The notes: a model not told the origin generated them from the sequence alone. Positions 7,910 to 19,842 are shown, counted from the first letter of the stretch. The stretch is DNA of 36,448 nucleotides from Polyangiaceae bacterium (GCA_036274215.1 DASUGE010000518.1:1-36448); one strand, 5' to 3'. Program-made: numbers and translations.

Positions 7910-9169
7910 ATGCGTACTCGTTCTTGGTTCGTGCATGGGGCTCGGCTCGTCGTCCCCGCGGTCGTCGTCTCCGCCTATGGCTGTGCCGCGGGCGATTTGC
8001 AGCCAGGGACGGAGGCTGAGGCGGGCTCGGGTGGCTCGTCCGCCCAGGCAAGCGGAGGAACGTCGGCAGCAGCCGGATCCTCTTCGGCTGCGCGTGGCGG
8101 CTCCGCTGGGGCCACGTCGAACGGTGGCAGCAGCGGCACGACGGGCGGCTTGGGCGCGACGGGCGGCGCGTCGACGGGCGGCGCGTCGACGGGCGGCGGC
8201 GCCGGAATGGCTACGGGCGGCGGCGCGGGCAGCGCGAGCGGCATGGGCGGCTCGGGTGCGGGTGCCGGCGGCGCGGCCGGCATGAGCGCCGGGGGCGCGA
8301 GCGGAACGGCAGGCGCGGGTGCCGAGTCGGGCGCCGGCGGAACCGTCGTCGACCCCTGCGCGATGGTGACGTGCGGCGAGGGGCAGACGTGCATGAACGG
8401 CACCTGCATGTGCATGACCGGCATGCTCTGCGGCACCACGTGCGTGGACACGCAAGCCGACCAGGCCAACTGCGGCGCGTGCGGCACCGCGTGCGCAGCG
8501 GACGGCAGCTGCGTCGACGGCAAATGCGTGAACCCGATGTGCACCGCCGACACGATGGTGCGAAACGGCCACATCACGCACTACACGCTCGCGACGAGCA
8601 TGGTCGCGTGCCACTACCCCACGAGCTCGCTGCCCCAGTACTACGGCGCGATGAACGAGTACGACTGGAACACCGCGGGCGTCTGCGGCTCGTGCGTGGA
8701 AATCACCAACGGCGGCAACAAGCTCGTCGTGCAGATCGTCGACCAGTGCCCGTACAAGGGCAACGAGCAGTGGTGCTTCCAGGGCAGCCACCACATCGAT
8801 CTGAACGACGCCGCCAACAGCGCGATCAACGGCAACAGCAACCCCGCGGTGACCTGGAAGTACGTGAGCTGCTCGTCGATCACGGGCAACGTGAAGTACT
8901 ACTTCGATTCGGCGTCACAGCAGTATTACCTCGCGGTCACGCCGATGAATCACAAGAACCCGCTCGCCAAGGTCGAAGTGAAGAAGGCCGGGGCGTACAC
9001 GACGCTCACGCGCAACAACTCGAACATGTACGAGCTCAAGGACGGCGCGGGCACCGGCGCCCTCTCCTTCCGCCTCACCGACATCTACAACCACGTCATC
9101 ACCGACACGGTGACGATGAACCCCGGTCAGACCGTCGAGGGGATGAAACAGTTCGCCGCCTGCCCGTGA
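7910..9169 (+). CDS. Expansin-like (EXLX1-type, DPBB + CBM63) lipoprotein with a Gly-rich linker and a myxobacterial Cys-rich module
   Basis: Start reassigned to ATG 7910 (419 aa). Lipobox SAYGC; CVDTQADQANCGACGTAC repeat; YYGAMN, CGSCVEIT, VDQCP, HIDL; NHKNPLAKVEV...GTGALSFRLTDI...QF parallels B. subtilis EXLX1 domain 2. Confidence 0.88.
   Translation: MRTRSWFVHGARLVVPAVVVSAYGCAAGDLQPGTEAEAGSGGSSAQASGGTSAAAGSSSAARGGSAGATSNGGSSGTTGGLGATGGASTGGASTGGGAGMATGGGAGSASGMGGSGAGAGGAAGMSAGGASGTAGAGAESGAGGTVVDPCAMVTCGEGQTCMNGTCMCMTGMLCGTTCVDTQADQANCGACGTACAADGSCVDGKCVNPMCTADTMVRNGHITHYTLATSMVACHYPTSSLPQYYGAMNEYDWNTAGVCGSCVEITNGGNKLVVQIVDQCPYKGNEQWCFQGSHHIDLNDAANSAINGNSNPAVTWKYVSCSSITGNVKYYFDSASQQYYLAVTPMNHKNPLAKVEVKKAGAYTTLTRNNSNMYELKDGAGTGALSFRLTDIYNHVITDTVTMNPGQTVEGMKQFAACP
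8157..8198 (+). repeat. 15-bp coding tandem repeat (TGGAS units) in the expansin linker
   Basis: cgacgggcggcgcgt twice plus a 12-bp partial copy. Confidence 0.8.
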
Positions 9170-9172
9170 GCA

Positions 9173-9225
9173 GGCGCCGTCACTCGGGCGCGGTGACGGC
9201 GCCGTTCGCCGCCAGAAGGTGAACG
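9173..9225. terminator. Two tandem hairpins between convergent genes (probable bidirectional terminator or 3' stabiliser)
   Basis: GGCGCCGTCAC/GTGACGGCGCC perfect 11-bp stem (9173-9203), then CGTTCGCC/GGTGAACG (9203-9225); no U-tract. Confidence 0.55.
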
Positions 9226-9226
9226 C

Positions 9227-9742
9227 TCAGCCGCCGGGGCGACCGGCAGTCGTCTGCGCGCCCGTCGTTCCGGAAGCGTTGCTCATGCCGGCGGCGGCTG
9301 GGGCGCCACCTGCGCTCGCTGCGGAGCCGGCGGTCGGCGCGCCCGAAGAGCCCGTCGAGCCGGTCGAACCGGTTCCACCGCTACCGCTCATCGTTTGCGT
9401 CTGTCCGCGCTTCGGGTTCGGCGCGGGCTTGCAGTGCTGGGTATCACCTTGAGCGTTGCCGCAGACGAGCCCTTGATCCTCGCACTCGTCGTCGAACTTG
9501 CAGGGGATGCGGCAGGCGTGGTCGTAGCAGTCTTCGTTGTTGCGGCAGTCGTCGTCCGAGGCGCAGCCGTAGTACCCGACGCAGATCCCGCCGCTGCACT
9601 CGTGCCCGCCCTGGCAGCCACTGTTGTCGAAGCACTCGGGACCCGTCTTCGCAGGGTCGTCGCCGCCGCCGCTGACGCAGCCGAAGGCGAGCGTGCCGAG
9701 GAGTACCAAGAATGATCCGACATGTCGTTCTCTCATCGTCAT
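9227..9742 (-). CDS. Small Cys-rich lipoprotein with a low-complexity Gly/Ser/Thr tail
   Basis: Lipobox LAFGC; three C-xxx-D/x-x-C...C...C modules (CFDNSGC, CASDDDC, CKFDDEC). Confidence 0.75.
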   Translation of the reverse strand: MTMRERHVGSFLVLLGTLAFGCVSGGGDDPAKTGPECFDNSGCQGGHECSGGICVGYYGCASDDDCRNNEDCYDHACRIPCKFDDECEDQGLVCGNAQGDTQHCKPAPNPKRGQTQTMSGSGGTGSTGSTGSSGAPTAGSAASAGGAPAAAGMSNASGTTGAQTTAGRPGG

Positions 9743-9981
9743 CCCTGTTGCAAGCCCCGTCTAAAAAATGATTCCGGGATTTCTAGCGGATCGAACGCGG
9801 TCGAGCAAGGCTCGGTCGGTTGTTCGTCCGGTGGGCGTCTCCCGTGTGCATCAAGCAAGGTTGGTGGCCGACCGAGTAATTCCCAGGCAGAGCGACGTTA
9901 GATCTCCGGGAGGCCGAATTTAGAGGATAGCACGGGCTCAGCGGCAGAATTGAACACCCGGAATCGTGAAGTTTTTTCGTT

Positions 9982-13247
<3,266 letters not shown>

Positions 13248-13248
<1 letters not shown>

Positions 13249-13263
13249 TGAACAGATACTCAG
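13248..13263. promoter_or_regulatory. Putative LexA box abutting the dnaE2 start
   Basis: Minus strand CTGAGTATCTGTTCAG; shares CACCACTGAACA.A..C.CAG (plus strand) with the imuA upstream site. Confidence 0.7.
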
Positions 13264-13387
13264 TCATCGGCGCGGCCCCAGCCATTTTTTGGTTAATTCA
13301 ATGAATTCAACGACTTGCAGATCCAGTTCCATGGCCTGCGGAAGAGGGCTCGCGGTACCAACGTTAAAGCACCCGGAGGCTAACTTG

Positions 13388-13792
13388 ATGCCTGAGTCTT
13401 ATCCGGAACTGAACGAGCCCACTGAGGACACGCGCATCACGCTGTCGAACATCAGCGTGTCGCGGCGACTCGGCGTGCGCACGCCGATGGCGTTCGGCGT
13501 CTACGCGACGAGCCACGGCCAGCGCGTGCGCGCGCGTGCTGCCGAGCTCTCGACGACGGGCGTCGTGCTCGACTTTCGTCACTCCGAGGAGTGTTCGACG
13601 GACGGGCTCGTGACGCTCGAGCTGTTCGTACCGGGGCATTCGAAACCCATTCGCACCGCGGCGCGCTTCGTGCGGCGCGTCGGCAAGCTGCTCGCATTCG
13701 AGTTCGTGGTGATCGGTCGCGACGAACGGCTGAGCCTCGCAGAGCACATCGATCGCGTGCACGCGGCACGCCTCGACCGTGTCGCACGCTGA
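13388..13792 (+). CDS. Stand-alone PilZ-domain protein
   Basis: Start reassigned to ATG 13388 (GGAGG at 13375-13379); 134 aa; RRLGVR (RxxxR) and ELSTTG (D/NxSxxG variant). Confidence 0.75.
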   Translation: MPESYPELNEPTEDTRITLSNISVSRRLGVRTPMAFGVYATSHGQRVRARAAELSTTGVVLDFRHSEECSTDGLVTLELFVPGHSKPIRTAARFVRRVGKLLAFEFVVIGRDERLSLAEHIDRVHAARLDRVAR

Positions 13793-13846
13793 ACGCGGAG
13801 CGCGCTGCGGCCGCGCGTGAGCGGCGTCGAGCACGCCGGCCCGGTT

Positions 13847-14533
13847 TTACGAGAGAATTCCCGGGCTCGGACGCGACGTTGGTGCCCAATCCTCGCCCTC
13901 GGTGTCGCGCACGAGGTAACGAAGCACGAGGTCGGTGACCTCTTGAACCAGCGTCTCCTCGTCGAAACCGGGCGGGCGCTCGAGGATCCAAGCGAGCATC
14001 GTCGCGCGCACGGACTGCAGCGCGACGAAGGCGGCGGCGTCGATGCTCGTGCGTCGCAACGGAGCGCTCGAGGCGCGCAGGAAGTGCCGCACGATCTCGA
14101 GCACGCGGAGGTCGAAGGCATGCACGCGGTCGGCCTTGGCGACGCGCAGGCCCTCCATCGCGAGCACGCGGTGGAGCCCCGGGCACGAGCGGTAGATGCG
14201 CGCCAGCCCGCGCACGACCGCCGTGACGGTCTGCTCGGGTGATTGGGCGAGGTTGCCGTCGGCGAGCATCTCCTGAATCAGCTTGAGCGCGCGCTCGAAC
14301 TCGCGATCTTGAAGCGCGTTCAAGATCGCGTCGCGGTGCGAGAAGTACTGGTAAATCGAGCCGACGCTCACGCCCGCCACCTCGGCGATGCGAGCCATGG
14401 TCGCCGCCTCGAGCCCCTCGCGATCGAGGATCTGCACCATCGCTTCGAGGATCGCGCCGACCGTCGCCTGGGCGCGAGCCTGGCGCGGCTGTTTACGAAC
14501 CTCCCCGGCCGGACGGCGCGGCTTCATCGCCAC
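13847..14533 (-). CDS. TetR/AcrR-family transcriptional regulator
   Basis: RKQPRQARAQATVGAIL and HTH TMARIAEVAGVSVGSIYQYF; the start may be ATG 14527. Confidence 0.92.
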   Translation of the reverse strand: MAMKPRRPAGEVRKQPRQARAQATVGAILEAMVQILDREGLEAATMARIAEVAGVSVGSIYQYFSHRDAILNALQDREFERALKLIQEMLADGNLAQSPEQTVTAVVRGLARIYRSCPGLHRVLAMEGLRVAKADRVHAFDLRVLEIVRHFLRASSAPLRRTSIDAAAFVALQSVRATMLAWILERPPGFDEETLVQEVTDLVLRYLVRDTEGEDWAPTSRPSPGILS

Positions 14534-14688
14534 CGATTATCGTTCGTGACGCGGGCGAGGTCCATTCGCATTCGTTTCAGCTTCCTCGAGCACGGCTCGA
14601 GGCTTCGGGCGGGGCGTTTGACCTCGCGCGTCAACCCGTGCGTGCCGCACGCGCCGGCAATCCGTGCGCGCGCTCAGGTTCGAGCCCG

Positions 14689-15393
14689 TCATCCGTCGAG
14701 CAGGGCCGCGAGCGCGACCGGTGCCGAGAGCGAAGCAAAGGCATATTTTGCACCCGCCGCCGTGAGCTCGGCGGCCGTGAACGACCCCGTGCCCACGCCG
14801 ATGCATTCCGCGCCGATCCCATGCGCGGCGGCCACGTCTTTCGGGGTGTCGCCGATCACGACGATACGCGCGGCGTCGAGCGTGACGCCCAGGTGTTTTG
14901 CGCCCCGCTCGGCGCCGTGACGCAAAAGCTCGGTGCGATCCTCGGCGTCGGAGCCGAAGCCGCCGAACGCGAACTCCTCGAACACGCCGACGCGCTCGAG
15001 CTTGATGCGCGCGCCCTCGTGCACGTTGCCCGTGCCGAGTCCGATGCCGTGCCCGCGGCTCCGCACGGCGGTGAGCGCGGCCTGGATGCCTTCGTGCAAG
15101 CGGTAGAGCGCGTGGTCGGTGCGCTCGATCTCTTCCACGAGGAAGCGGAGGTAGAGACGAATGCACTCGTCCATCGCGTCGCGCGTGGGTGGGACCCCGA
15201 GGCTCACGAGCGTCTGGCGAGCGATCTGGAGATCGGTCATGCCGTCGTAGCGAAAACGGCACGCCTCGCGATTGCCGTAGCGCTCCTCGAAGGCGCGCTC
15301 CATCGCGCGCCGGCCGGCGCCGCCGCTCGTGATGAGGGTGCCGTCGATGTCGAAGAGCAAGATCGTGGGACGAGGGTCGCGTCGAGGGCGCAT
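14689..15393 (-). CDS. HAD-superfamily hydrolase (phosphoglycolate phosphatase-like)
   Basis: LLFDIDGTL motif I, GLGTGN motif II, VVIGDTPKDV motif IV. The start overlaps the upstream stop (TGATG; GTG 15396 is an alternative). The longer 547-aa ORF is an artefact. Confidence 0.9.
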   Translation of the reverse strand: MRPRRDPRPTILLFDIDGTLITSGGAGRRAMERAFEERYGNREACRFRYDGMTDLQIARQTLVSLGVPPTRDAMDECIRLYLRFLVEEIERTDHALYRLHEGIQAALTAVRSRGHGIGLGTGNVHEGARIKLERVGVFEEFAFGGFGSDAEDRTELLRHGAERGAKHLGVTLDAARIVVIGDTPKDVAAAHGIGAECIGVGTGSFTAAELTAAGAKYAFASLSAPVALAALLDG

Positions 15394-16313
15394 CACATGC
15401 TGGCGTCCGAATGGGCGCTGAGCGACGCCGAGCCGAGCGGATTGGCGTCCATGATGGCCATGGCGATGGCGTTCGGCATCTGAGACGTCATGGCGCCGGA
15501 GAGCGTCGCGGTCGAAAGCGCGTACACCGTGAACCGGTAGACGTGATCCATGCCCGACGGACAAGGTCCGTAGTAGCCGTTCCCTTGGAAGGACTTCTGC
15601 TTCGCTCCCGGAACGGCCGTCGACATGGCCATGCTGTCGAGGGCCGCGGGCAGCATGGTGACGGTCGAGGGGATATCCCACATCGCCCAGTGGTTCAGCA
15701 TGTTCGAGGTGTCGAACAGCACGACCGCGTAGCTCATCGTTCCGCTCGGTCCCGCGGTCCACGTGAGGGGCGGCGATTTGTTGGTGCCCGCGCAGGTGTT
15801 GTCGTCCGGGAACATGCCGCCCTCGGTGATGACGCTGCTCGTGAGCGTGAAGCCGGAAGCGCCGCCGGCCCCCGCGTTGCCGCCCATCCCGGAGCCGGAG
15901 CCGGCCATCCCCGCGCCGCCCGCCTGACCGCCCGCACCGCCACCCGCCATGCCGGCGACCGAGCCCGCCGTACCCGCCGCGCCTGCGCCGCCTCTGCCGG
16001 CTCCGCCCGCGCCCGCACCGCCGCGACCAGCCATGCCCCCACCCGTCCCGGCAGCGCCGCCGGCGCCTGCTCCGCCCGAGCCCGACGAGCTCCCAGAAGC
16101 CCCACCCATCGAGCCGCCCATGCTGGTCGTCCCGGCGCCGCCGCCGGTGCCCGCCTTGCCGGTACCGGCGCTGCCGCCCATGGTGCTCCCGGCCATCGCG
16201 CTCGTTCCACCGGTGCCCGCGCCGTTGCTCGGCGTGTCTTCTCCGGAGCTGCAATGAGTGAGAAACAGTGAAGCGGTGAAAAGGAGGGCAGCGGGTATTC
16301 GGAGGTCGCGCAT
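15393..16313 (-). CDS. YbhB/YbcL (PEBP/Raf kinase inhibitor-like) lipoprotein with a Gly/Met-rich linker
   Basis: Start reassigned to ATG 16313 (306 aa); lipobox LTHC; NKSPPLTW, SYAVVLFD, HWAMWDIP, YYGPCP, HVYRFTVYAL. Confidence 0.88.
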   Translation of the reverse strand: MRDLRIPAALLFTASLFLTHCSSGEDTPSNGAGTGGTSAMAGSTMGGSAGTGKAGTGGGAGTTSMGGSMGGASGSSSGSGGAGAGGAAGTGGGMAGRGGAGAGGAGRGGAGAAGTAGSVAGMAGGGAGGQAGGAGMAGSGSGMGGNAGAGGASGFTLTSSVITEGGMFPDDNTCAGTNKSPPLTWTAGPSGTMSYAVVLFDTSNMLNHWAMWDIPSTVTMLPAALDSMAMSTAVPGAKQKSFQGNGYYGPCPSGMDHVYRFTVYALSTATLSGAMTSQMPNAIAMAIMDANPLGSASLSAHSDASM

Positions 16314-16322
16314 GACGACGCG

Positions 16323-16331
16323 AGCATAGCA
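16323..16331 (-). promoter_or_regulatory. Extended -10 element, 9 nt before the PEBP ATG
   Basis: TG-C-TATGCT-N9-ATG; no Shine-Dalgarno sequence. Confidence 0.45.
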
Positions 16332-16371
16332 CCCGAAAAAATCCTTCGAGCGGCGGTCGAGACCGAGAACG

Positions 16372-18108
16372 TCAATCGGCGACGGCTTGGAGGTAACGTT
16401 TACCGCTCGAACGGTCCACGTAAACCATGGCTTCAATCAGTCCGTCGGTCGCCTTGAGCCAAACGCGGACGTAGTCCCGGGTGATGGGCGCGCCGTTCCA
16501 CCATTCGACGGCGTGCAGCCGATGCTCGAAACGCAGCGCTTCGATCGTGTAGAGGTTTTGCTCGAACGCGACGGTGGTGCCCACGCGCAGCGCGCCGTCG
16601 AATTGCAACGGCGTGGGTAAAAGGCGCGTGAGCGGCGCGCGAGCTTCGCCGTCGCTCGACTCGGCGAGGGTTCCCTCCACCACGGGCAGCGGCGTTCCGG
16701 AAACATGAACCGCAATGGGCGTGGTCGAGCGCGGACCAGGTCCTCGCTCCGCGCGTGAAGCCTGCGCCAAGCGACCCGAACGAGCGCCCCCACGACGCGC
16801 CCGGGGCTTGGCGCGCACGAGCGCGGGAGCGAGCATGCTGCGCCCCTCGAGCCGATGGGAGTCGAGCGTGGTGAGCACCCCGACGCGCGCCTCCCCCACG
16901 TCGGCCATCAGCTCGGCAATCACGACGGGAAGCTCGCGCTCGATGTCGGTGCCGCCCGCGAGCGTTTCACCGAGCTCGAGCTGGCGCGCGACGAGCGGCA
17001 CCATGACGGGCGCTTCGAGCCGGACGCCGAGCGTGGGAGCCGGCAGCCGTGCTCGCTCGAGCCGCGACGAGACGACGCGCCGAATGTCCTCCTCGCGCGA
17101 GAGCGGCGAGGAGAGCGAGAAGCGAAGCTCCGTCTTCTCTTTCGCGCCGCGCAGGCGCGAAATGGAACGATCGTGCGTGAGCGTGAGCAGGAGCTTTTCA
17201 GCCGACATGCCGCGCCCGGCGAGCCGTGCCGCGAGACGAGCGGCCATGCCACGCAGCGCGAAGAGCAGCGGCTCGCTCCCTTCGACCCCGTATTCGAAGC
17301 CGAGCTCTTCCACGACGGTTTCGGGGAGCCGATACGGGACGAGCGGCGCCGGATCGATGCCTTGCGCGAGATCGAGCGCGCGCGCGACCTCGCCCGCGAG
17401 GCGAGTCGTGAGCGTGCTGCGCGGCAGAGCCGCCAAGTCGCCGAGCGTGAGCACCCCGAGCCGCAGCAAGAACCCTTGCGCTTCCTCGCTGAGGGGCAAG
17501 GCGACGATGGGCAAGGCCTGCACGGCACGCGAGGCCCCCTCGGCCGGGACGGTGTGCACGCCTTTGCCGCGATGATCGGGCGGCGCCCAACGAGCGACGG
17601 CGCGTCCGAGCTCCGGACCTGGCGCCACCGCCGCGCGCACCGCATGCCCGAGCCCGCGCACACGCTCGACGAGCTCCTCCGCCAGGGTCGTCTCGCCGCC
17701 GAAGAGATGGGCGGAGCCGCTCACGTCGACCCACACCGTGTCCGGGACGCGCAACGACACCGTCGCGCCGAACCCGAGCGCAACCTCCGCCACGACGGCG
17801 AGCGCCCGCTCGACGAGCGCCGGGTGCAAGCGCATCGCCTCGAAGCCGGCGACGAGAGCCCGCGCCTCGGCGATGGTTTGCCCTTCGCGCACGCCGCAGC
17901 GCCGGGCCGACACGCTGACGGCCGTGAGCCGCGCCGTCGGCTTGAGCGGGTCTTCCAGCGGCTCGGTCACCTCCCCGGGCTCGAGCAGCACGACACCCCA
18001 CGGCCCCCGATTGCGCGGAGCAGCCGTGGTGACGGCCACCTCGAGCAAAAGCTCGGGCAAAACCAGCGCTACGATGCGGCGCGACGCCTCAGGCGAGCTT
18101 TCGGACAT
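16372..18108 (-). CDS. imuB: ImuB, catalytically inactive Y-family polymerase homolog
   Basis: Start reassigned to ATG 18108 (GGAG RBS, overlapping the imuA end); 578 aa. ARRCGVREGQTIAEARAL, PDTVWVDVSGSAHLFGGE, LPIVALPL, LGVLTLGDL; clamp-binding-like QLELG; C-terminal EWW..RDY. Confidence 0.88.
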   Translation of the reverse strand: MSESSPEASRRIVALVLPELLLEVAVTTAAPRNRGPWGVVLLEPGEVTEPLEDPLKPTARLTAVSVSARRCGVREGQTIAEARALVAGFEAMRLHPALVERALAVVAEVALGFGATVSLRVPDTVWVDVSGSAHLFGGETTLAEELVERVRGLGHAVRAAVAPGPELGRAVARWAPPDHRGKGVHTVPAEGASRAVQALPIVALPLSEEAQGFLLRLGVLTLGDLAALPRSTLTTRLAGEVARALDLAQGIDPAPLVPYRLPETVVEELGFEYGVEGSEPLLFALRGMAARLAARLAGRGMSAEKLLLTLTHDRSISRLRGAKEKTELRFSLSSPLSREEDIRRVVSSRLERARLPAPTLGVRLEAPVMVPLVARQLELGETLAGGTDIERELPVVIAELMADVGEARVGVLTTLDSHRLEGRSMLAPALVRAKPRARRGGARSGRLAQASRAERGPGPRSTTPIAVHVSGTPLPVVEGTLAESSDGEARAPLTRLLPTPLQFDGALRVGTTVAFEQNLYTIEALRFEHRLHAVEWWNGAPITRDYVRVWLKATDGLIEAMVYVDRSSGKRYLQAVAD

Positions 18109-18829
18109 GGTCCGCTCCCTGGGGCAACGGCGCCGAGCCTTTGGCCCACGCCACCGGGCGCGGACCCGAAATACGGCCACGGCGATCCTTCGCGACGCGC
18201 ACGAGCAAGCGCTCGCGCGCGGGGCGCGTGAGCTCGATGCGTTGAGCGACCGGGAGCGGCAACGCGCGCGGCAGGCGACCGTCGGTGAGGAGGAGCACGC
18301 TCTTCTCCGTACCGTCGACCGCCATCGACAAGCGGCGCACGACCCGACCAAAGCGCGCGAGCGAATAATCGAGCGAAGCGCCGAGCACGCCCACCGTGTC
18401 GATGACGACGAGCTCGAACACCGACGACTCTGCGAGCTTGAGAGCGACGCGACTGACCGCCTCGAGCGGCGGGCGCACGACGAGCAAGCGGTCGAGCGCG
18501 ACCCCCGAAGCAGCGACGCCCGGCGCATACAGCGTGCTCGACGGATCGACGAACGCGCACCACGGCTCGAGCTTCGTGCCGAGGCTCACGGCGCGGGAGC
18601 GCTGGAAGCTCTTGATCGCGGCGAGCGCGAGGGCGGTCGATAGCCCGCCCGGAGCAAGCACCGAAAGCTCCACCACTCCCCCGCGGATGAGACCTTGATC
18701 GGGCAGCGCCTGATCGAGCGCCTCGATCCCGAACGGGAGGGCGGAGAGATCCGGCCCCGCGGCCTCTGCCCCGGTGCCCGTTCGCAGGAGATCGGGTGAT
18801 AGATGGGCTAAAGCTTGGGGAAGCGCCAC
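18089..18829 (-). CDS. imuA: ImuA/RecA-like accessory protein of the mutasome
   Basis: LPFGIEALDQALP..GLIRGGVVEL, degenerate Walker A, AFVDPSSTLYAPG..GVALDRLLVVRP, LVVID; directly upstream of imuB. Start uncertain; GTG 18829 is preferred because the longer ORF runs through the operator. Confidence 0.8.
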   Translation of the reverse strand: MALPQALAHLSPDLLRTGTGAEAAGPDLSALPFGIEALDQALPDQGLIRGGVVELSVLAPGGLSTALALAAIKSFQRSRAVSLGTKLEPWCAFVDPSSTLYAPGVAASGVALDRLLVVRPPLEAVSRVALKLAESSVFELVVIDTVGVLGASLDYSLARFGRVVRRLSMAVDGTEKSVLLLTDGRLPRALPLPVAQRIELTRPARERLLVRVAKDRRGRISGPRPVAWAKGSAPLPQGADHVRKLA

Positions 18830-18833
18830 ACCA

Positions 18834-18849
18834 CTGAACATAATCACAG
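18834..18849. promoter_or_regulatory. Putative LexA box overlapping the imuA -10 element
   Basis: Minus strand CTGTGATTATGTTCAG; contains TATGTT 7 nt before GTG 18829. Confidence 0.7.
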
Positions 18850-18963
18850 CTCCGAACATTGCAAGCAACCGACCACCTGGTCAGGACAAATAATGTCAGG
18901 GCTCCGGAACATTTTTCCGAACACCTTCGCGTGAGTCCCGCTCATCGCCCCAGGCTCCGTGGG

Positions 18964-18972
18964 TGCTATTTT
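18964..18972 (+). promoter_or_regulatory. Extended -10 element, 8 nt before the larE ATG
   Basis: TG-C-TATTTT-N8-ATG; no Shine-Dalgarno sequence. Confidence 0.45.
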
Positions 18973-18980
18973 TCGAGCGG

Positions 18981-19811
18981 ATGCCTTCCCTCGACGACAA
19001 GCTCGAACGCGCCCGCGCTCTCTTTCAGGAGATGGGGTCCGTGCTCGTGTGCTTCTCGGGGGGCATCGACAGCACGCTCGTGCTCGCGCTCGCGCAACGC
19101 GAGCTCGGCGACCGCGCGGTGGGGCTCACGACCGTGAGCGCGAGCCTCGCGCCGAGCGAGCGCGCCGATGCGGAGCGCATCGCCCAAAGCCTCGGTGCGC
19201 GTCACCTCTTCGTCGAGTCGCACGAGATCGAGCGCGCGGGCTACGTCCAGAACGGCCCCGATCGCTGCTTCCACTGTAAGAGCGAGCTCTACGAGATCGC
19301 CAAGGCCAAGGCGACCGAGCTCGGGCTCGCCGCGATCGCGAACGGCACGAACACCGAAGATCTGGGCGACTACCGCCCCGGGCTCGAAGCCGCGCGCGAA
19401 GCCGGCGTGAAGAGCCCGCTCGTCGACGCCGGGTTCGACAAGGCGGACGTGCGCGCCGCGGCGCAGCGCTTCGGTATCGAGATCTGGAACAAGCCGGCCG
19501 CCGCCTGCCTTTCGAGCCGCATCCCCTACGGCACGAGCGTCACCGCCGAGCGCCTCGCCCAGATCGGCGGGCTCGAAGCGAAGCTCAAGGCGCTCGGGCT
19601 AAGGCAGGTGCGCGTGCGCTGGCACGACGCGATCGCGCGCATCGAGATCGGGCTCGAGGAGCTGCCGCGCTTGCTCGAGCCAGGCGTGCGTGAAGCCGTC
19701 GTGGAGGCAGGCAAGCAGCAGGGTTTCCGCTACGTGACGCTCGATCTCGGCGGGTATCGCCAGGGCTCGCACAACGAAGTGCTCACGGGCCGCTCGCTGC
19801 GCGTCGTTTAG
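18981..19811 (+). CDS. larE: ATP-dependent sulfur transferase LarE (PP-loop family)
   Basis: PP-loop FSGGIDS, DRCFHCK, DLGDYRPG, NKPAAACLSSRIPYG, QVRVR, YVTLDLGGYRQGS. Start ATG 18981 preferred (276 aa). Confidence 0.9.
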   Translation: MPSLDDKLERARALFQEMGSVLVCFSGGIDSTLVLALAQRELGDRAVGLTTVSASLAPSERADAERIAQSLGARHLFVESHEIERAGYVQNGPDRCFHCKSELYEIAKAKATELGLAAIANGTNTEDLGDYRPGLEAAREAGVKSPLVDAGFDKADVRAAAQRFGIEIWNKPAAACLSSRIPYGTSVTAERLAQIGGLEAKLKALGLRQVRVRWHDAIARIEIGLEELPRLLEPGVREAVVEAGKQQGFRYVTLDLGGYRQGSHNEVLTGRSLRVV

Positions 19812-19842
19812 CGCTCGAGCGCGAGGGGCTAAGCTCGCGACC

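Noticed and set aside
9743-9981. Possible sigma54 promoters or a small ORF (9783-10031) upstream of the Cys-rich lipoprotein gene
   Set aside because: The TTGCA/TTGCT elements lack a GG at the exact 10-nt spacing; the ORF has atypical composition and overlaps dnaE2.
13409-13424. CTGAAC half-site inside the PilZ gene (another lies in the rpsO promoter)
   Set aside because: Lacks the CAG half at the right spacing.
18885-18919. Palindromes GACA-N5-TGTC and CGGAA-N5-TTCCG between imuA and larE as extra LexA boxes
   Set aside because: Spacing and half-sites do not fit CTGAAC-N7-CAG, and they are too short to call on their own.
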